64,000 nt of DNA from Coriobacteriales bacterium (GTDB lineage Bacteria > Actinomycetota > Coriobacteriia > Coriobacteriales > UBA8131): NCBI GenBank assembly GCA_031282405.1, contig JAITDU010000032.1, positions 11,154 through 75,153 of the forward strand. Direction: 5' to 3'. The position numbers were made by a program, and so were the translations under genes. Below the pieces are notes generated by a model. It made no database searches. It worked only from the letters and a program-made list of their open reading frames with translations, and was not told the DNA's origin. Shown here piece by piece: positions 29,757-40,028 of the stretch (the stretch's first letter is position 1; every line of letters begins with the position of its first letter).

Positions 29757-30070
29757 CCATCAAAGGCATTGATAGCCGCTGGAGTCATCAACTGTCCAGC
29801 GCATATGCATACCTACAGACGGTTATCGTGCGAACGCTACGATGGTATCATACGGTATAGGTAGATCGACCTTAACGCTAAGACCAGGGAGTCACCAGGG
29901 CGTTACCATCACCATGTGATGTGGTACACACAGATCGGTACATACGGGGCTGTGTTGTCTGCATCAGATCGTGCATCCTATTTTGTGATGGTGGTCATAT
30001 GCTTGTGGTCTGACCAGAGCTGCTTACAAGACTAAAAGAGGCGATAAAGCCGATGAGAGGCGATACTAAC

Positions 30071-31411
30071 ATGCAAATGACACCAGAGACAGACTATGTA
30101 CTCAAATCTATTCAAAGTAACGATGTCCATTTCATTCGGCTGTGGTTTACAGATGTTCTGGGTTTTCTCAAGTCATTTGCAGTGACTCCTTCCGAGATCG
30201 AGACGGCGTTTGAAGAGGGAATGGGCTTTGACGGTTCTTCAATAGAGGGATTTTCGCGCATCCAGGAGTCAGACATGGTGGCATTTCCCGATGCCGCGAC
30301 GTTTCAGACCCTGCCCTGGCGCCCCAAAGAAAACGGCGTAGCCAGGATGTTTTGCGATATCCGCACCCCTGATGGCCAACCGTTTGACGGTGATCCACGT
30401 TTTGCGCTCAAACGTATGTTGGACAAGGCCGCAGATATGGGCTACGTGATGAATGTCGGGCCAGAGCTGGAGTTTTTCTATTTCTCCTCTCCCCAGTCCA
30501 CCGAGCCAATCGACAACGGCGGTTACTTTGATTTGACCCCGCTGGATCTGGCGAGCGACATCCGTCGTGATACAGTGCTCAGTTTGGAGCATATGGGCAT
30601 TCCGGTGGAGTATTCTCACCATGAAGTCGCTCCTTCGCAACACGAAATCGATTTGCGCTACGATGATGCTCTGTCTATGGCCGATGCCGTGATGACGTAT
30701 CGTCTGGTGGTCAAGGAGGTGGCTTTGAAGCATAATGTCTACGCGACGTTCATGCCCAAGCCTCTGGCCGCTTATAACGGCAATGGTATGCACGTGCATC
30801 AGTCGTTGTTTACCGAAGACGGACAAAACGCGTTTTTTGATGAGGGCGACTCTCAGGGCTACAACCTTTCTGAGGTGGCTAAAAGTTATATTGCGGGCAT
30901 CCTTAAATACGCGCCGGAGTTTACGGCGATTACCAACCAATTTGTTAATTCCTACAAACGGCTGGTGCCGGGGTATGAAGCACCGGTCTATATAACCTGG
31001 GCCCGACGTAACCGTTCTGCCCTGGTACGGGTGCCGCTGTATAAGCCCGGTAAAGACGGGGCGACTCGCATCGAAGTACGCAGCCCCGATCCGTCCTGTA
31101 ATCCTTACCTGGCCTTTGCCGCCATGTTAGGAGCTGGTTTGGCCGGAATTGAGCAAAACCTGGAGTTGCCGCCAGAGTTTACCGCCAATGTCTATGAGCT
31201 AACTGCCGAGCAATTGGTGCAACAGGGCGTAGAGATGCTGCCTGCCAGTCTGGGCGATGCTGTCGATGCTTTGGAGTCTTCGCAATTGATGAAAGAGGTA
31301 CTGGGTGAGCATATCCACAGTTATTTCGTGCGCAACAAGCGCGAAGAATGGGCGGCTTACCGTGCCGATGTCTCTCAGTGGGAACTCGACCGCTATCTGG
31401 ATGTCCTCTAG
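30071..31411 (+). CDS. glnA: Glutamine synthetase, type I
   Basis: FIRLWFTDVLG beta-grasp start, the GMHVHQSL region, NSYKRLVPGYEAP and RIEVRSPD motifs. The ORF opens at 30053; ATG 30071 gives a homolog-like N-terminus. Confidence 0.93.
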   Translation: MQMTPETDYVLKSIQSNDVHFIRLWFTDVLGFLKSFAVTPSEIETAFEEGMGFDGSSIEGFSRIQESDMVAFPDAATFQTLPWRPKENGVARMFCDIRTPDGQPFDGDPRFALKRMLDKAADMGYVMNVGPELEFFYFSSPQSTEPIDNGGYFDLTPLDLASDIRRDTVLSLEHMGIPVEYSHHEVAPSQHEIDLRYDDALSMADAVMTYRLVVKEVALKHNVYATFMPKPLAAYNGNGMHVHQSLFTEDGQNAFFDEGDSQGYNLSEVAKSYIAGILKYAPEFTAITNQFVNSYKRLVPGYEAPVYITWARRNRSALVRVPLYKPGKDGATRIEVRSPDPSCNPYLAFAAMLGAGLAGIEQNLELPPEFTANVYELTAEQLVQQGVEMLPASLGDAVDALESSQLMKEVLGEHIHSYFVRNKREEWAAYRADVSQWELDRYLDVL

Positions 31412-31529
31412 TCTGCTGCTAACAAAACGCTTAAAGCGTATATGCTCCCCTGTGGTACGTCGGGGCATACAGATACTGCCAGCGGCGCTTTGGCTATCAT
31501 CACTGTCGCGCTCGTGTGTAGGTTGACCG

Positions 31530-32237
31530 ATGCACACACTCTTCTCTCATGCTCTGATAACAATAGCTGGCCACTATGGTGCAGGCAAGACCAATCTGGC
31601 CTTGAACATTGCCCGTAACCTGCTTTGTGCCAAAGCGCACCCACGCATCATTGACCTTGACATCGTAAATCCTTATTTTCGCACGAGTGATAACCGTACG
31701 CTGCTGGACAGTTGGGGCGTTGAGCTCAAAGGGCCGGCCTTTGGCGGGAGTAATCTGGACGCGCCGGCGCTGGATGCAGGTATCGATACCCTGATTGCTC
31801 AGGCGAGTCACGAAAGCCCGGTTATCATAGATGTAGGCGGAGACGCGGAGGGGAGCCGAACACTGGCCCGCTTTGCGCCCGACTGCGCGGCTGTGGCAGA
31901 TAAACTGACGCTGGCGGTTATTAACACCTGCAGGCCAGAGACGGCCAGCGTTGACCAAAATCTGGAACTTTTGGCCCATATTGAGCGTTCGGGGCGTATA
32001 CACTTCACCGCATTGGTGGGAAACAGTCACCTCATCGAATATACCGATGCTGCAGTCATTCTTAAATCCTTGTCGTTGCTTTGGGAAGTTTCCGCAGCTG
32101 CGGGGTTGCCTATTCAATGCGTCTGCGTGCCGCGAGCGCTCCTACCGGAGGTAGAGCGTGGTCTGGTTGCGCACGATTCAGGCGAGAAGCTCCGCTTATT
32201 TCCTGTTGAGCGTTACGTCAAGACGCCCTGGGAGTAG
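31530..32237 (+). CDS. P-loop NTPase of unknown role (MinD/ParA/CooC-like deviant Walker A)
   Basis: 235-aa ORF with ITIAGHYGAGKTNLALNIA near the N-terminus and VIIDVGGD (Walker B-like). No other recognisable domain. Confidence 0.55.
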   Translation: MHTLFSHALITIAGHYGAGKTNLALNIARNLLCAKAHPRIIDLDIVNPYFRTSDNRTLLDSWGVELKGPAFGGSNLDAPALDAGIDTLIAQASHESPVIIDVGGDAEGSRTLARFAPDCAAVADKLTLAVINTCRPETASVDQNLELLAHIERSGRIHFTALVGNSHLIEYTDAAVILKSLSLLWEVSAAAGLPIQCVCVPRALLPEVERGLVAHDSGEKLRLFPVERYVKTPWE

Positions 32238-32331
32238 GCTGCAGCACAGTCCTGTTAACACGCAGGCCGTTTACTCCTTACTGTTTACCTATTGTTTATA
32301 GTCTTTTCGCTTGATATTTCTTTTTGATGAC

Positions 32332-32390
32332 CTGCCGCCTGCAACGATTTGGTGTCAGACCGGCTGCCGCCTGCGACGGTTCTGTGTCAG
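32332..32390. promoter_or_regulatory. Two 27-bp imperfect direct repeats abutting the predicted promoter of the oxidoreductase operon
   Basis: CTGCCGCCTGCAACGATTTGGTGTCAG (32332-32358) and CTGCCGCCTGCGACGGTTCTGTGTCAG (32364-32390) match at 23 of 27 positions, with a 32-bp period. TATAAT at 32407-32412 lies 16-17 bp downstream of repeat 2. Confidence 0.45.
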
Positions 32391-32462
32391 TCGTATGTCT
32401 TGAGCTTATAATGTAGTGATCCGTATGAGAGAATAGCCGGAACATTTCCTGCTGGAGGCATT

Positions 32463-32681
32463 ATGGCGTACGTTACTGTAGAGATTGATTATTGCAAGGG
32501 TTGCGGCCTTTGCGTTGACTTCTGCCCACAGTCGATAATGCAGCTTGACCGAGAGATAATCACCCAGAAAGGCTATCATCCGGCACACTGCACAGACCAG
32601 GCAAGTTGTACGGGCTGTCTGAACTGCGCTGTGATGTGTCCGGACGTGGCGATAACAATCAAGAGGTCGCAGCATGACTGA
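32463..32681 (+). CDS. 4Fe-4S dicluster ferredoxin, delta subunit of 2-oxoacid:ferredoxin oxidoreductase
   Basis: 72-aa ORF with CKGCGLCVDFCP and CTGCLNCAVMCP cluster motifs. It overlaps the alpha subunit start. Confidence 0.85.
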   Translation: MAYVTVEIDYCKGCGLCVDFCPQSIMQLDREIITQKGYHPAHCTDQASCTGCLNCAVMCPDVAITIKRSQHD

Positions 32682-33786
32682 AAAAGTATTGATGAAGGGC
32701 AATGAAGCACTGGCCGAGGCCGCAATTCGCGCCGGTTGTCGTCACTTCTTTGGTTATCCGATAACCCCGCAAACCGAATTAGCCGCCTATATGGCAAAAC
32801 GGATGCCTAAGATTGGTGGCGTCTATCTACAGGCCGAGAGCGAGGTGGCTGCGATCAACATGGTTTACGGTGCCGCAGCAGCCGGTGTGCGTGTCATGAC
32901 CTCGTCGTCTTCGCCGGGCATCAGCCTGAAAGGCGAGGGCATATCTTATATGATTGGCGCCGACCTGCCCGGTCTTATCGTCAATATCCAGCGAGGTGGC
33001 CCCGGTTTAGGTGGTATTCAGCCTTCCCAGGCCGATTATTGGATGGCTACCAGAGCTACGGGTCACGGCGACGGGCATGTATTGGTATTTGCTCCTTCTA
33101 CGGTGCAGGAGATGGCCAGTCTGGTGGCCCGGGCCTTTGAGCTTGGTGACCGTTACCGGATGCCGGCCATGATACTGGCCGATGGTTTGCTGGGGCAGAT
33201 GATGGAACCCGTCGAGCTGCCCGAGCCGTTGGAGTTAGATGATCTGCCTAAAAAGCCCTGGGCTACAACCGGCACGAAGGGATCGCGTCCTCATAATGTG
33301 ATAAATTCGTTATCGCTTGACCCGCAGGCTCTGGAAGATCGAGTGTTGGCACGTAACGAGCGTTACCAGCAGATAAAAGCTACCGAGCAGTTAGCTCAAC
33401 AGGAATTAGTCGATGATGCCGAGGTAGTCGTTGTGGCCTACGGCGCGGCCGCGCGTATCGTCCGTAGCGCCATTAAGCTTGCGCGCGCTCGGGGTATCAA
33501 AGCCGGTCTGATCCGACCGATAACGCTTTGGCCCTTTGCTACGAATGCTGTTGTAGCTGCTATAGACAAAGCAAAGGCTTTTCTCAGCGTGGAGTTTTCT
33601 ACAGGTCAGATGGTTGATGATGTGCGTCTAGCCGTAGCCGGCCGACGCCCGGTAAGCTTCTTTGGGCATAGTGGCGGTATTGTGCCCACGCCTGAAGAAG
33701 TCCTGGTTGCTATCGAGAAGTGCCAGGCTGGCGAGGAATTCAATATTTTGCCGTTTCATTCGAAACTGGTTGGAGGTGAACGGTGA
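32674..33786 (+). CDS. 2-oxoacid:ferredoxin oxidoreductase alpha subunit (KorA/VorB-like)
   Basis: 370-aa ORF starting VLMKGNEALAEAAIRAGCRHFFGYPITPQTE, the typical N-terminus of this family. Confidence 0.88.
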   Translation: MTEKVLMKGNEALAEAAIRAGCRHFFGYPITPQTELAAYMAKRMPKIGGVYLQAESEVAAINMVYGAAAAGVRVMTSSSSPGISLKGEGISYMIGADLPGLIVNIQRGGPGLGGIQPSQADYWMATRATGHGDGHVLVFAPSTVQEMASLVARAFELGDRYRMPAMILADGLLGQMMEPVELPEPLELDDLPKKPWATTGTKGSRPHNVINSLSLDPQALEDRVLARNERYQQIKATEQLAQQELVDDAEVVVVAYGAAARIVRSAIKLARARGIKAGLIRPITLWPFATNAVVAAIDKAKAFLSVEFSTGQMVDDVRLAVAGRRPVSFFGHSGGIVPTPEEVLVAIEKCQAGEEFNILPFHSKLVGGER

Positions 33787-34562
33787 TGGTGCTTACCGTT
33801 GAAAAAAAGCAGAAGAGTAACGTCCTCTTTGCTCGTAGCGAGGGTTTGACCGCCAGCAACACTAACTACTGCCCGGGCTGTACCCACGGCATAGTTCAGC
33901 GCCTTGTGGCGGAGTCGCTGGTGGAACTGGGCGTATCCGACAATGCTATCGGCGTTTGTCCTGTAGGCTGCTCAGTTACAGCCTATGATTTTTATGCCTG
34001 TGATATGGTGCAGGCCGCCCATGGTCGGGCACCGGCCGTAGCTACCGGCCTTAAACGCGCTTTGCCCGAGGCTTTGGTGTTTACGTATCAAGGCGACGGT
34101 GATCTGGCGAGTATTGGCATGGCCGAGACTGTGCACGCAGCCACACGGGGCGAGAATATTACGCTCGTCTTCATCAATAACGCCATCTATGGTATGACCG
34201 GCGGACAAATGGCACCGACATCCTTGCCCGGCCAGATAACCCAGACTTCTCCCTATGGTCGTGATGTGACATCGGCTGGCTATCCCATCCGGGTTTGTGA
34301 GCTCTTGTCTACCTTAGACGGAGTGGCCCTGGCTCAGCGCGTAACGGTGAATGACCCAAAAAATGTGCGCAAGGCCAAACGTGCTCTGAAAAAGGCCTTT
34401 GGGTACCAGTTAGAAAAGAGGGGCTTTTCAATCGTCGAGGTCGTCTCGACATGTCCTACCAACTGGGGTATGACGCCTGTTGCGGCGCTGGAATGGCTGC
34501 GCTCCGACATGCTGCCCTATTATCCCCTGGGGACGTATAAAGATATCAAGGAGGACAGCTGA
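33783..34562 (+). CDS. 2-oxoacid:ferredoxin oxidoreductase beta subunit (TPP-binding)
   Basis: 259-aa ORF with the CPGCTHG cluster/TPP region and GDGDLASIG and NNAIYGMTGGQ TPP motifs. Confidence 0.88.
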   Translation: MMVLTVEKKQKSNVLFARSEGLTASNTNYCPGCTHGIVQRLVAESLVELGVSDNAIGVCPVGCSVTAYDFYACDMVQAAHGRAPAVATGLKRALPEALVFTYQGDGDLASIGMAETVHAATRGENITLVFINNAIYGMTGGQMAPTSLPGQITQTSPYGRDVTSAGYPIRVCELLSTLDGVALAQRVTVNDPKNVRKAKRALKKAFGYQLEKRGFSIVEVVSTCPTNWGMTPVAALEWLRSDMLPYYPLGTYKDIKEDS

Positions 34563-34563
34563 G

Positions 34564-35196
34564 ATGGCTGGTGTTTCCTTAAATAGTGTTGACAGCCACG
34601 ACGAGGCGATTGGCCTGAGAGAAACAAAAAATCTGGGCGAGACAGGTAGCCTGAACATCATTCTTGCCGGTTTTGGCGGCCAGGGCATCCTGTTTGCAGG
34701 CAAGCTCATTGCCTATGCCGGACTGATTGAGGGGCGTGAGGTTTCGTGGCTGCCGAGCTATGGGCCGGAGATGCGTGGCGGTACTGCCAACTGTTCTGTC
34801 TGTCTTGCCACAGAGCCGATAGGCTCGCCTCTTGTAACTACACCAGACGTTGCGCTTGCTTTTAACCTGCCGTCCTTTGAGGCTTTTGTCGATAAGGTGC
34901 GCCCTGGGGGGCTGATGCTTGTGGACAGCGCGATGGTCGATGCCTGTCCGCTGCGTACCGACCTTGAGTTTGTGCAGATTCCGGCTACCCAACTTGCGGA
35001 GGATAACGGCCTTAAGGGCCTGGCCAATGTAATCATGGTAGGCAAGCTTCTGCAACTTGCGGCTTTTTCTCGTGTGGAGTCGATTCAGGCGGCCATTGAC
35101 AAGAGTGTCTCGGCTAAGCGCCAGGATATGGTCGCTTTGAATAAGCGGGCTTTGGCCATCGGCCATGCCCATGTTACCCGCAAGGAGTGCCGATGA
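34564..35196 (+). CDS. 2-oxoacid:ferredoxin oxidoreductase gamma subunit
   Basis: ILAGFGGQGILFAGKLIA and YGPEMRGGTANC motifs. ATG 34564 follows the beta subunit stop. The ORF opens further upstream at 34480. Confidence 0.85.
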   Translation: MAGVSLNSVDSHDEAIGLRETKNLGETGSLNIILAGFGGQGILFAGKLIAYAGLIEGREVSWLPSYGPEMRGGTANCSVCLATEPIGSPLVTTPDVALAFNLPSFEAFVDKVRPGGLMLVDSAMVDACPLRTDLEFVQIPATQLAEDNGLKGLANVIMVGKLLQLAAFSRVESIQAAIDKSVSAKRQDMVALNKRALAIGHAHVTRKECR

Positions 35197-35801
35197 GCGC
35201 GCGCGCTGCCTCTAATGACGCAAGCGGCAAAGGCGCTCTTAACAACGGCTTTGAGTCTGATCTCGCGCAACTCGGCCAACGGCTGGCCGGGCTGCGCGAT
35301 GCCTGCGGTTTTGACCAGGCCGAATTCGCCGAGCAGCTAGGCATTAAAGCTGAGCAGCTGGCGGCTTATGAACAGACTGGCTATGACATCCCCATCAGCC
35401 TGCTGATGCACGCCGCCCATCTGTGCAGAGTTGATATGGCGGTGCTTCTTACCGGTACCTCTACCCATCTTGACAGCTATCAGGTGGCGCGGGCCGGCCA
35501 GGGAAGAACCGTGGATCGTTTCCCCGGTTACCACTTTGCTGATTTGGCCTATAACTACTCTGGCAAGGTCATGCAACCTTTGCTTGTAACCCTTGACCCT
35601 TCAGATGAACCGGCTGAGCTTGTGACGCACGCGGGCCAGGAATTCAATTACGTGACGGAGGGCACCATAGTGTTGGTATTTGCCGACAAGGAAATTGAAC
35701 TTGGTCCCGGCGACAGCGTCTATTTTGATCCGCGGATACCTCACGGTCAACGTTGTGGCGGTAATCAACCAGCCACATTCGTCACCGTGATTACCGAGTG
35801 A
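35187..35801 (+). CDS. XRE-family HTH regulator with a C-terminal cupin domain
   Basis: 204-aa ORF. HTH region FDQAEFAEQLGIKAEQLAAYEQ. Cupin region HAGQEFNYVTEG...GDSVYFDPRIPHG. It overlaps the gamma subunit stop by 10 nt. Confidence 0.8.
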   Translation: MPMSARAASNDASGKGALNNGFESDLAQLGQRLAGLRDACGFDQAEFAEQLGIKAEQLAAYEQTGYDIPISLLMHAAHLCRVDMAVLLTGTSTHLDSYQVARAGQGRTVDRFPGYHFADLAYNYSGKVMQPLLVTLDPSDEPAELVTHAGQEFNYVTEGTIVLVFADKEIELGPGDSVYFDPRIPHGQRCGGNQPATFVTVITE

Positions 35802-37592
35802 GTGTGGGCTGTGGATACGATACTGAAGCGCTACTGTCCGCGTATTGACTTTGATTCCTACGATGATTTTCTTACTACGTTCTCGATTGAAGTGCCTGAG
35901 GACTTCAACTTTGCTTATGACGTTGTTGACGAATGGGCGCGCCTGGAGCCGGATAAACGCGCTTTGGTCTGGTGCGACGATTTTGATAACGAACGGGTAT
36001 TCAGCTTTTCCCAGATTTCAAAATTGTCAATCAGATTAGCAAATTGTTTGCGATCTTTGGGGATAACCAAGGGCGACGTTGTGATGTTGATGCTTCGTCA
36101 GCGTTGGGAGTACTGGGTGTCTGCGGTAGCACTGCATCGTCTGGGTGCTATTTTGATACCGGCCTCATGTCAACTCAACGCCCGCGAAATCGTTTATCGC
36201 GCAAATGCCGCTACAGTCAAGGCCATAATCGCCATTGATGATGCCTATGTGCGCTCTCAATTGGCACAGGCTTTGTCCGCGTGCCCCAGCGTTGAGTCTT
36301 TGATATCCGTGGAAACCGACATATCCGTGGAAGGCGGTAACGCACGGGAGAAAGGCGGCGCGATTGAAGCTGGTGACGAAGCCGATCGTAGCGCCACATC
36401 TACTGACGGTAGTGTCGATACTTTGGCCTGGCTCTCTTTTGAGGCTTTAGTCAATCAGGCCAGCGAGGACTGGCGGCGTCCCTCAGATATTGAAGCCACA
36501 CACAACGATGACATCATGTTGATCTATTTTACGAGCGGTACTTCCGGTCCGGCCAAGATGTGCTGCCATAACTTTGTGCATCCTTTGGGGCACATCATCA
36601 CGGCTCGCTATTGGCAACAGGTGCAAGAAGACAAACTGCATTGCAGCGTCAGCGACAGCGGTTGGGCAAAATTTGGCTGGGGAAAGATTTACGGCCAATG
36701 GCTGTGCGGAGCTGTGATCTTTGCCTACGACAGCCTGCGTTTTGACCCACTGCGCTTGCTGGAACGCATTGAGCGTTATAGAGTTACGACGCTCTGCGTG
36801 CCCCCAACAATTTATCGTTTTTTATTGCAGGAAGATGTCGGAGCCTATGACCTATCAAGCGTAGAGAATTTTACAACCGCCGGCGAACCGCTCAATGCCG
36901 ATGTCACACTCAGATGGCAACAGGCTACAGGAAAACAGATTCGCGAGGGTTTTGGCCAAAGCGAAGGGCCGGTGCTGCTGGCTACTTTTCCCTGGGTTGA
37001 ACCCAGGCCGGGCTCTATGGGCAAACCCTCGCCGTTAATGAATATCAAATTGCTGGATGAGCACGGTCAGGAGGTTACCGATGGCGACGAGGGAAACATC
37101 TGCGTAACCGGCCTGCGCGCGGCCCATCCACCGGGGCTGTTTGTGGGCTACTACAAGGATCCGGAACTGACGACCCAGGCTGTCGGCGGCGAATATTATG
37201 ATTTGGGCGATGTGGCATGGCGTGACCCCAGCGGCTACTATACGTTCGTGGGGCGCAGCGACGATGTTGTCAAATGCTCGGGTTATCGCATCAGCCCTTT
37301 TGAAGTCGAAAGCGTGCTCATCGAGCACCCGGCTGTTGTAGAGTGCGCGATAACCGCTGCTCCCGATGCGGTGCGCGGCAGCGTTGTCAAGGCCACCATC
37401 GTACTGGCTCGTGGTTTTGAGCCTACCGAGCAACTGCGGCGCGCATTGCAAGATCATGTTAAGTCCAACGCCGCCCCTTTCAAGTATCCCCGTATAGTGG
37501 AATTCGTTGAGGTACTTCCCAAAACTATAGGTGGCAAGATAAAGCGCGCTAAGATTCGCACCGAGGACGCGGGTGGTACCTGGGAGGACTGA
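35802..37592 (+). CDS. AMP-forming acyl-CoA synthetase (medium-chain/aryl acid type)
   Basis: 596-aa ORF with the AMP-binding motif IYFTSGTSGPAKM, plus TAGEPLN, YYDLGD, GRSDDVVKCSGYRI and a terminal GKIKR. The GTG start immediately follows the regulator's stop. Confidence 0.88.
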   Translation: MWAVDTILKRYCPRIDFDSYDDFLTTFSIEVPEDFNFAYDVVDEWARLEPDKRALVWCDDFDNERVFSFSQISKLSIRLANCLRSLGITKGDVVMLMLRQRWEYWVSAVALHRLGAILIPASCQLNAREIVYRANAATVKAIIAIDDAYVRSQLAQALSACPSVESLISVETDISVEGGNAREKGGAIEAGDEADRSATSTDGSVDTLAWLSFEALVNQASEDWRRPSDIEATHNDDIMLIYFTSGTSGPAKMCCHNFVHPLGHIITARYWQQVQEDKLHCSVSDSGWAKFGWGKIYGQWLCGAVIFAYDSLRFDPLRLLERIERYRVTTLCVPPTIYRFLLQEDVGAYDLSSVENFTTAGEPLNADVTLRWQQATGKQIREGFGQSEGPVLLATFPWVEPRPGSMGKPSPLMNIKLLDEHGQEVTDGDEGNICVTGLRAAHPPGLFVGYYKDPELTTQAVGGEYYDLGDVAWRDPSGYYTFVGRSDDVVKCSGYRISPFEVESVLIEHPAVVECAITAAPDAVRGSVVKATIVLARGFEPTEQLRRALQDHVKSNAAPFKYPRIVEFVEVLPKTIGGKIKRAKIRTEDAGGTWED

Positions 37593-37726
37593 TATCTACT
37601 CGACCTCGGTATTCTGACAGATTAACACTCTGTGTAGGAGGACTGTCACCCCGTCAGCCTCCGACAGATTAGCGCTATAATTGAGGGGTCATAATGATAT
37701 CGTGTCTAACTTGAGGAGGACCTACT

Positions 37727-38413
37727 ATGAGTACCAATGCTAAGATCACGATCGTCAAGGATGGGCCCTATCTGGTCGCCGGCGGAATCAAACTCACCCA
37801 TAAAGTTATGGAAAGTGTGGGTCATCATCGCGAATACCACGACGGCGTAGATTTACCGCAGGCCGAGAACTACGCACTGTGCCGGTGCGGCCATTCCCAA
37901 AACATGCCGTTTTGCGACGGGCATCATGTAGAGGCGCATTTCGATGGTACCGAGGTGGCCTCGACCGACCCCTTCGACAACCGTGTGGACATTTTTAATG
38001 GCCCAAGTTTGGATCTGTTTGATGACGGCCGCTGCGCCTTTGCGCGTTTTTGCCATCGTGAGGATGGTGATGTTTGGACCCTCACGGAAGAAAGCGGGAG
38101 CGAGGGCTTGCGCGAGGAGGCTATCCAGGCTGCGGTGGACTGCCCTGCCGGTCGTCTCGTACAGCATGACAAACGCGCAGAGTACGCCGAGATTGAGCCT
38201 GAGTTCACGCCCGAGATAGCTCTGTTGGAGGATCCGGACAAGCAGTGCTCCGGTCCGCTGTTCGTAAAGGGTAAGGTTCCACTTATCTCTGCCAACGGCT
38301 TTACCTACGAGCTGCGTAACCGCTATGCTCTTTGCCGTTGCGGCGGCTCACAAAACAAACCCTTCTGTGACGCGATGCACGTCAATCTTGGCTTTAACGA
38401 TATGTTGGAGTGA
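37727..38413 (+). CDS. CDGSH iron-sulfur domain-containing protein (two CDGSH-type motifs)
   Basis: 228-aa ORF with CRCGHSQNMPFCDGHH and CRCGGSQNKPFCDAMH flanking a Cys-containing central region (CAFARFC...DCPAG). Confidence 0.8.
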   Translation: MSTNAKITIVKDGPYLVAGGIKLTHKVMESVGHHREYHDGVDLPQAENYALCRCGHSQNMPFCDGHHVEAHFDGTEVASTDPFDNRVDIFNGPSLDLFDDGRCAFARFCHREDGDVWTLTEESGSEGLREEAIQAAVDCPAGRLVQHDKRAEYAEIEPEFTPEIALLEDPDKQCSGPLFVKGKVPLISANGFTYELRNRYALCRCGGSQNKPFCDAMHVNLGFNDMLE

Positions 38414-38473
38414 TAGTTCATACATGATTAGTATCACAATTGGTATCAAATGATAGACAAGGAGCAGGCTTAG

Positions 38474-39985
38474 ATGGCGTTTTATTATGATGATGCGGCC
38501 CATACGTTCAATGAGTACCTGTTGGTGCCCGGTTATTCCAGTGCTGCGTGCACACCAAACAGTGTCGATCTCTCTTCCCCTTTGGTTAAGTACAATAGGG
38601 GAGAAACACCTGCGCTCACGTTGAACATTCCGCTGACCTCGGCCATCATGCAAAGCGTCAGCGACGATACCATGGCCATAGCTTTGGCCCGTGAGGGCGG
38701 GCTGTCGTTCATCTACGGCTCACAAAGCGTAGAAGACGAGGCCGCAATGGTGCTCAGGGTTAAGGATTATAAGGCCGGTTTTGTACCGAGCGATTCCAAT
38801 CTTTCCCCATCTCATACTTTAGAGGACGTACTGCGCCTCAAAGAGCAAAGCGGACATTCAACGATGCCGATCACCGACGACGGCAGCGCTCATGGCAGGG
38901 TTTTGGGCATCGTTACCAGTCGTGACTATCGTCCCAGCCGCACGCCGTTGGATGCCAAGGTTACAGAGTTTATGACACCGCGCGATCAGTTGGTTGTGGG
39001 CGACAAGGACACCAGCCTTAAAGAGGCAAACGACATCATCTGGGATCACAAACTCAACGCGTTGCCGGTTGTTGACGACGATGACCGCCTGCTATACCTC
39101 GTTTTTCGTAAAGACTACGACTCGCATAAGGAAAACCCTCTTGAGAATCTGGACAGCCATAAACGTTACCTGGTGGGAGCCGGCATCAACACTCACGACT
39201 ACACTGAGCGGGTGCCGGCTCTTATTGCCGCTGGAGCCGATGTGCTCTGTATCGACTCCAGCGAAGGTTTTAGCGAATGGCAAAAGCGCACTATCGATTG
39301 GATCCGCTCTCATTACGGCGATGATGTCAAGATAGGTGCCGGTAACATTGTGGACAGGGAGGGTTTCAGGTTTTTGGCTGAGGCTGGTGCCGACTTTGTC
39401 AAGGTGGGTATTGGCGGCGGTTCTATCTGCATCACCCGAGAACAAAAGGGCATCGGCCGCGGTCAGGCCACAAGCGTCATCGAAGTGGCCGCCGAGCGCA
39501 ACGCTTATCTCTCCCAGACGGGCACGTATATCCCCTTGTGCTCGGATGGTGGCATTGTATACGATCATCATATGACATTAGCGTTGGCTATGGGAGCGGA
39601 CTTCTTGATGCTTGGCCGTTACTTCGCCCGTTTTGACGAGAGCCCCACAAATAAAGTTACCGTTAATGGCAACTATATGAAGGAATACTGGGGAGAAGGC
39701 AGCGCACGGGCGCTTAATTGGCAACGCTATGCCCATGACGCTTCGAAAAAGCTCAGTTTTGAAGAGGGTGTGGATTCCTATGTACCCTATGCGGGCTCTC
39801 TGAAGGACAATGTAGCTGTGACCCTGACCAAGATGCGGTCGACGATGTGCAATTGCGGTGCCACTACGATTTCGGAGTTTCAAGATAAGGCCAAGCTCAC
39901 GTTGATATCATCTACCTCGATAGTCGAAGGCGGCGCCCATGATGTCATGCTCAAAGACCAAGTCAACCTGCTGCCGCCCCGCTAG
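38474..39985 (+). CDS. guaB: IMP dehydrogenase
   Basis: 503-aa ORF with a CBS pair insert and the catalytic loop [20 protein letters not shown]. Confidence 0.9.
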   Translation: MAFYYDDAAHTFNEYLLVPGYSSAACTPNSVDLSSPLVKYNRGETPALTLNIPLTSAIMQSVSDDTMAIALAREGGLSFIYGSQSVEDEAAMVLRVKDYKAGFVPSDSNLSPSHTLEDVLRLKEQSGHSTMPITDDGSAHGRVLGIVTSRDYRPSRTPLDAKVTEFMTPRDQLVVGDKDTSLKEANDIIWDHKLNALPVVDDDDRLLYLVFRKDYDSHKENPLENLDSHKRYLVGAGINTHDYTERVPALIAAGADVLCIDSSEGFSEWQKRTIDWIRSHYGDDVKIGAGNIVDREGFRFLAEAGADFVKVGIGGGSICITREQKGIGRGQATSVIEVAAERNAYLSQTGTYIPLCSDGGIVYDHHMTLALAMGADFLMLGRYFARFDESPTNKVTVNGNYMKEYWGEGSARALNWQRYAHDASKKLSFEEGVDSYVPYAGSLKDNVAVTLTKMRSTMCNCGATTISEFQDKAKLTLISSTSIVEGGAHDVMLKDQVNLLPPR

Positions 39986-40028
39986 GGGTGTTCGTTGGCA
40001 GGCCAGGTAAAGGGTTCGGTATCTCATT

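Noticed and set aside
29757-30052. The 290-nt region upstream of glnA was examined for a glutamine riboswitch or a TnrA/GlnR box
   Set aside because: I found only partial features. These are TGTGATGTGGTACACA, which does not fit TGTNA-N7-TNACA; the repeated CAGATCG(G)T units; and ACCATCAC, which could pair with either of two GTGATG(T)GGT copies. No glnA-RNA consensus was recognisable. This is too weak to call without a covariance-model search.
30269-30940. 223-aa minus-strand ORF antisense to glnA
   Set aside because: Shadow ORF within glnA, with no motif and no ribosome-binding site.
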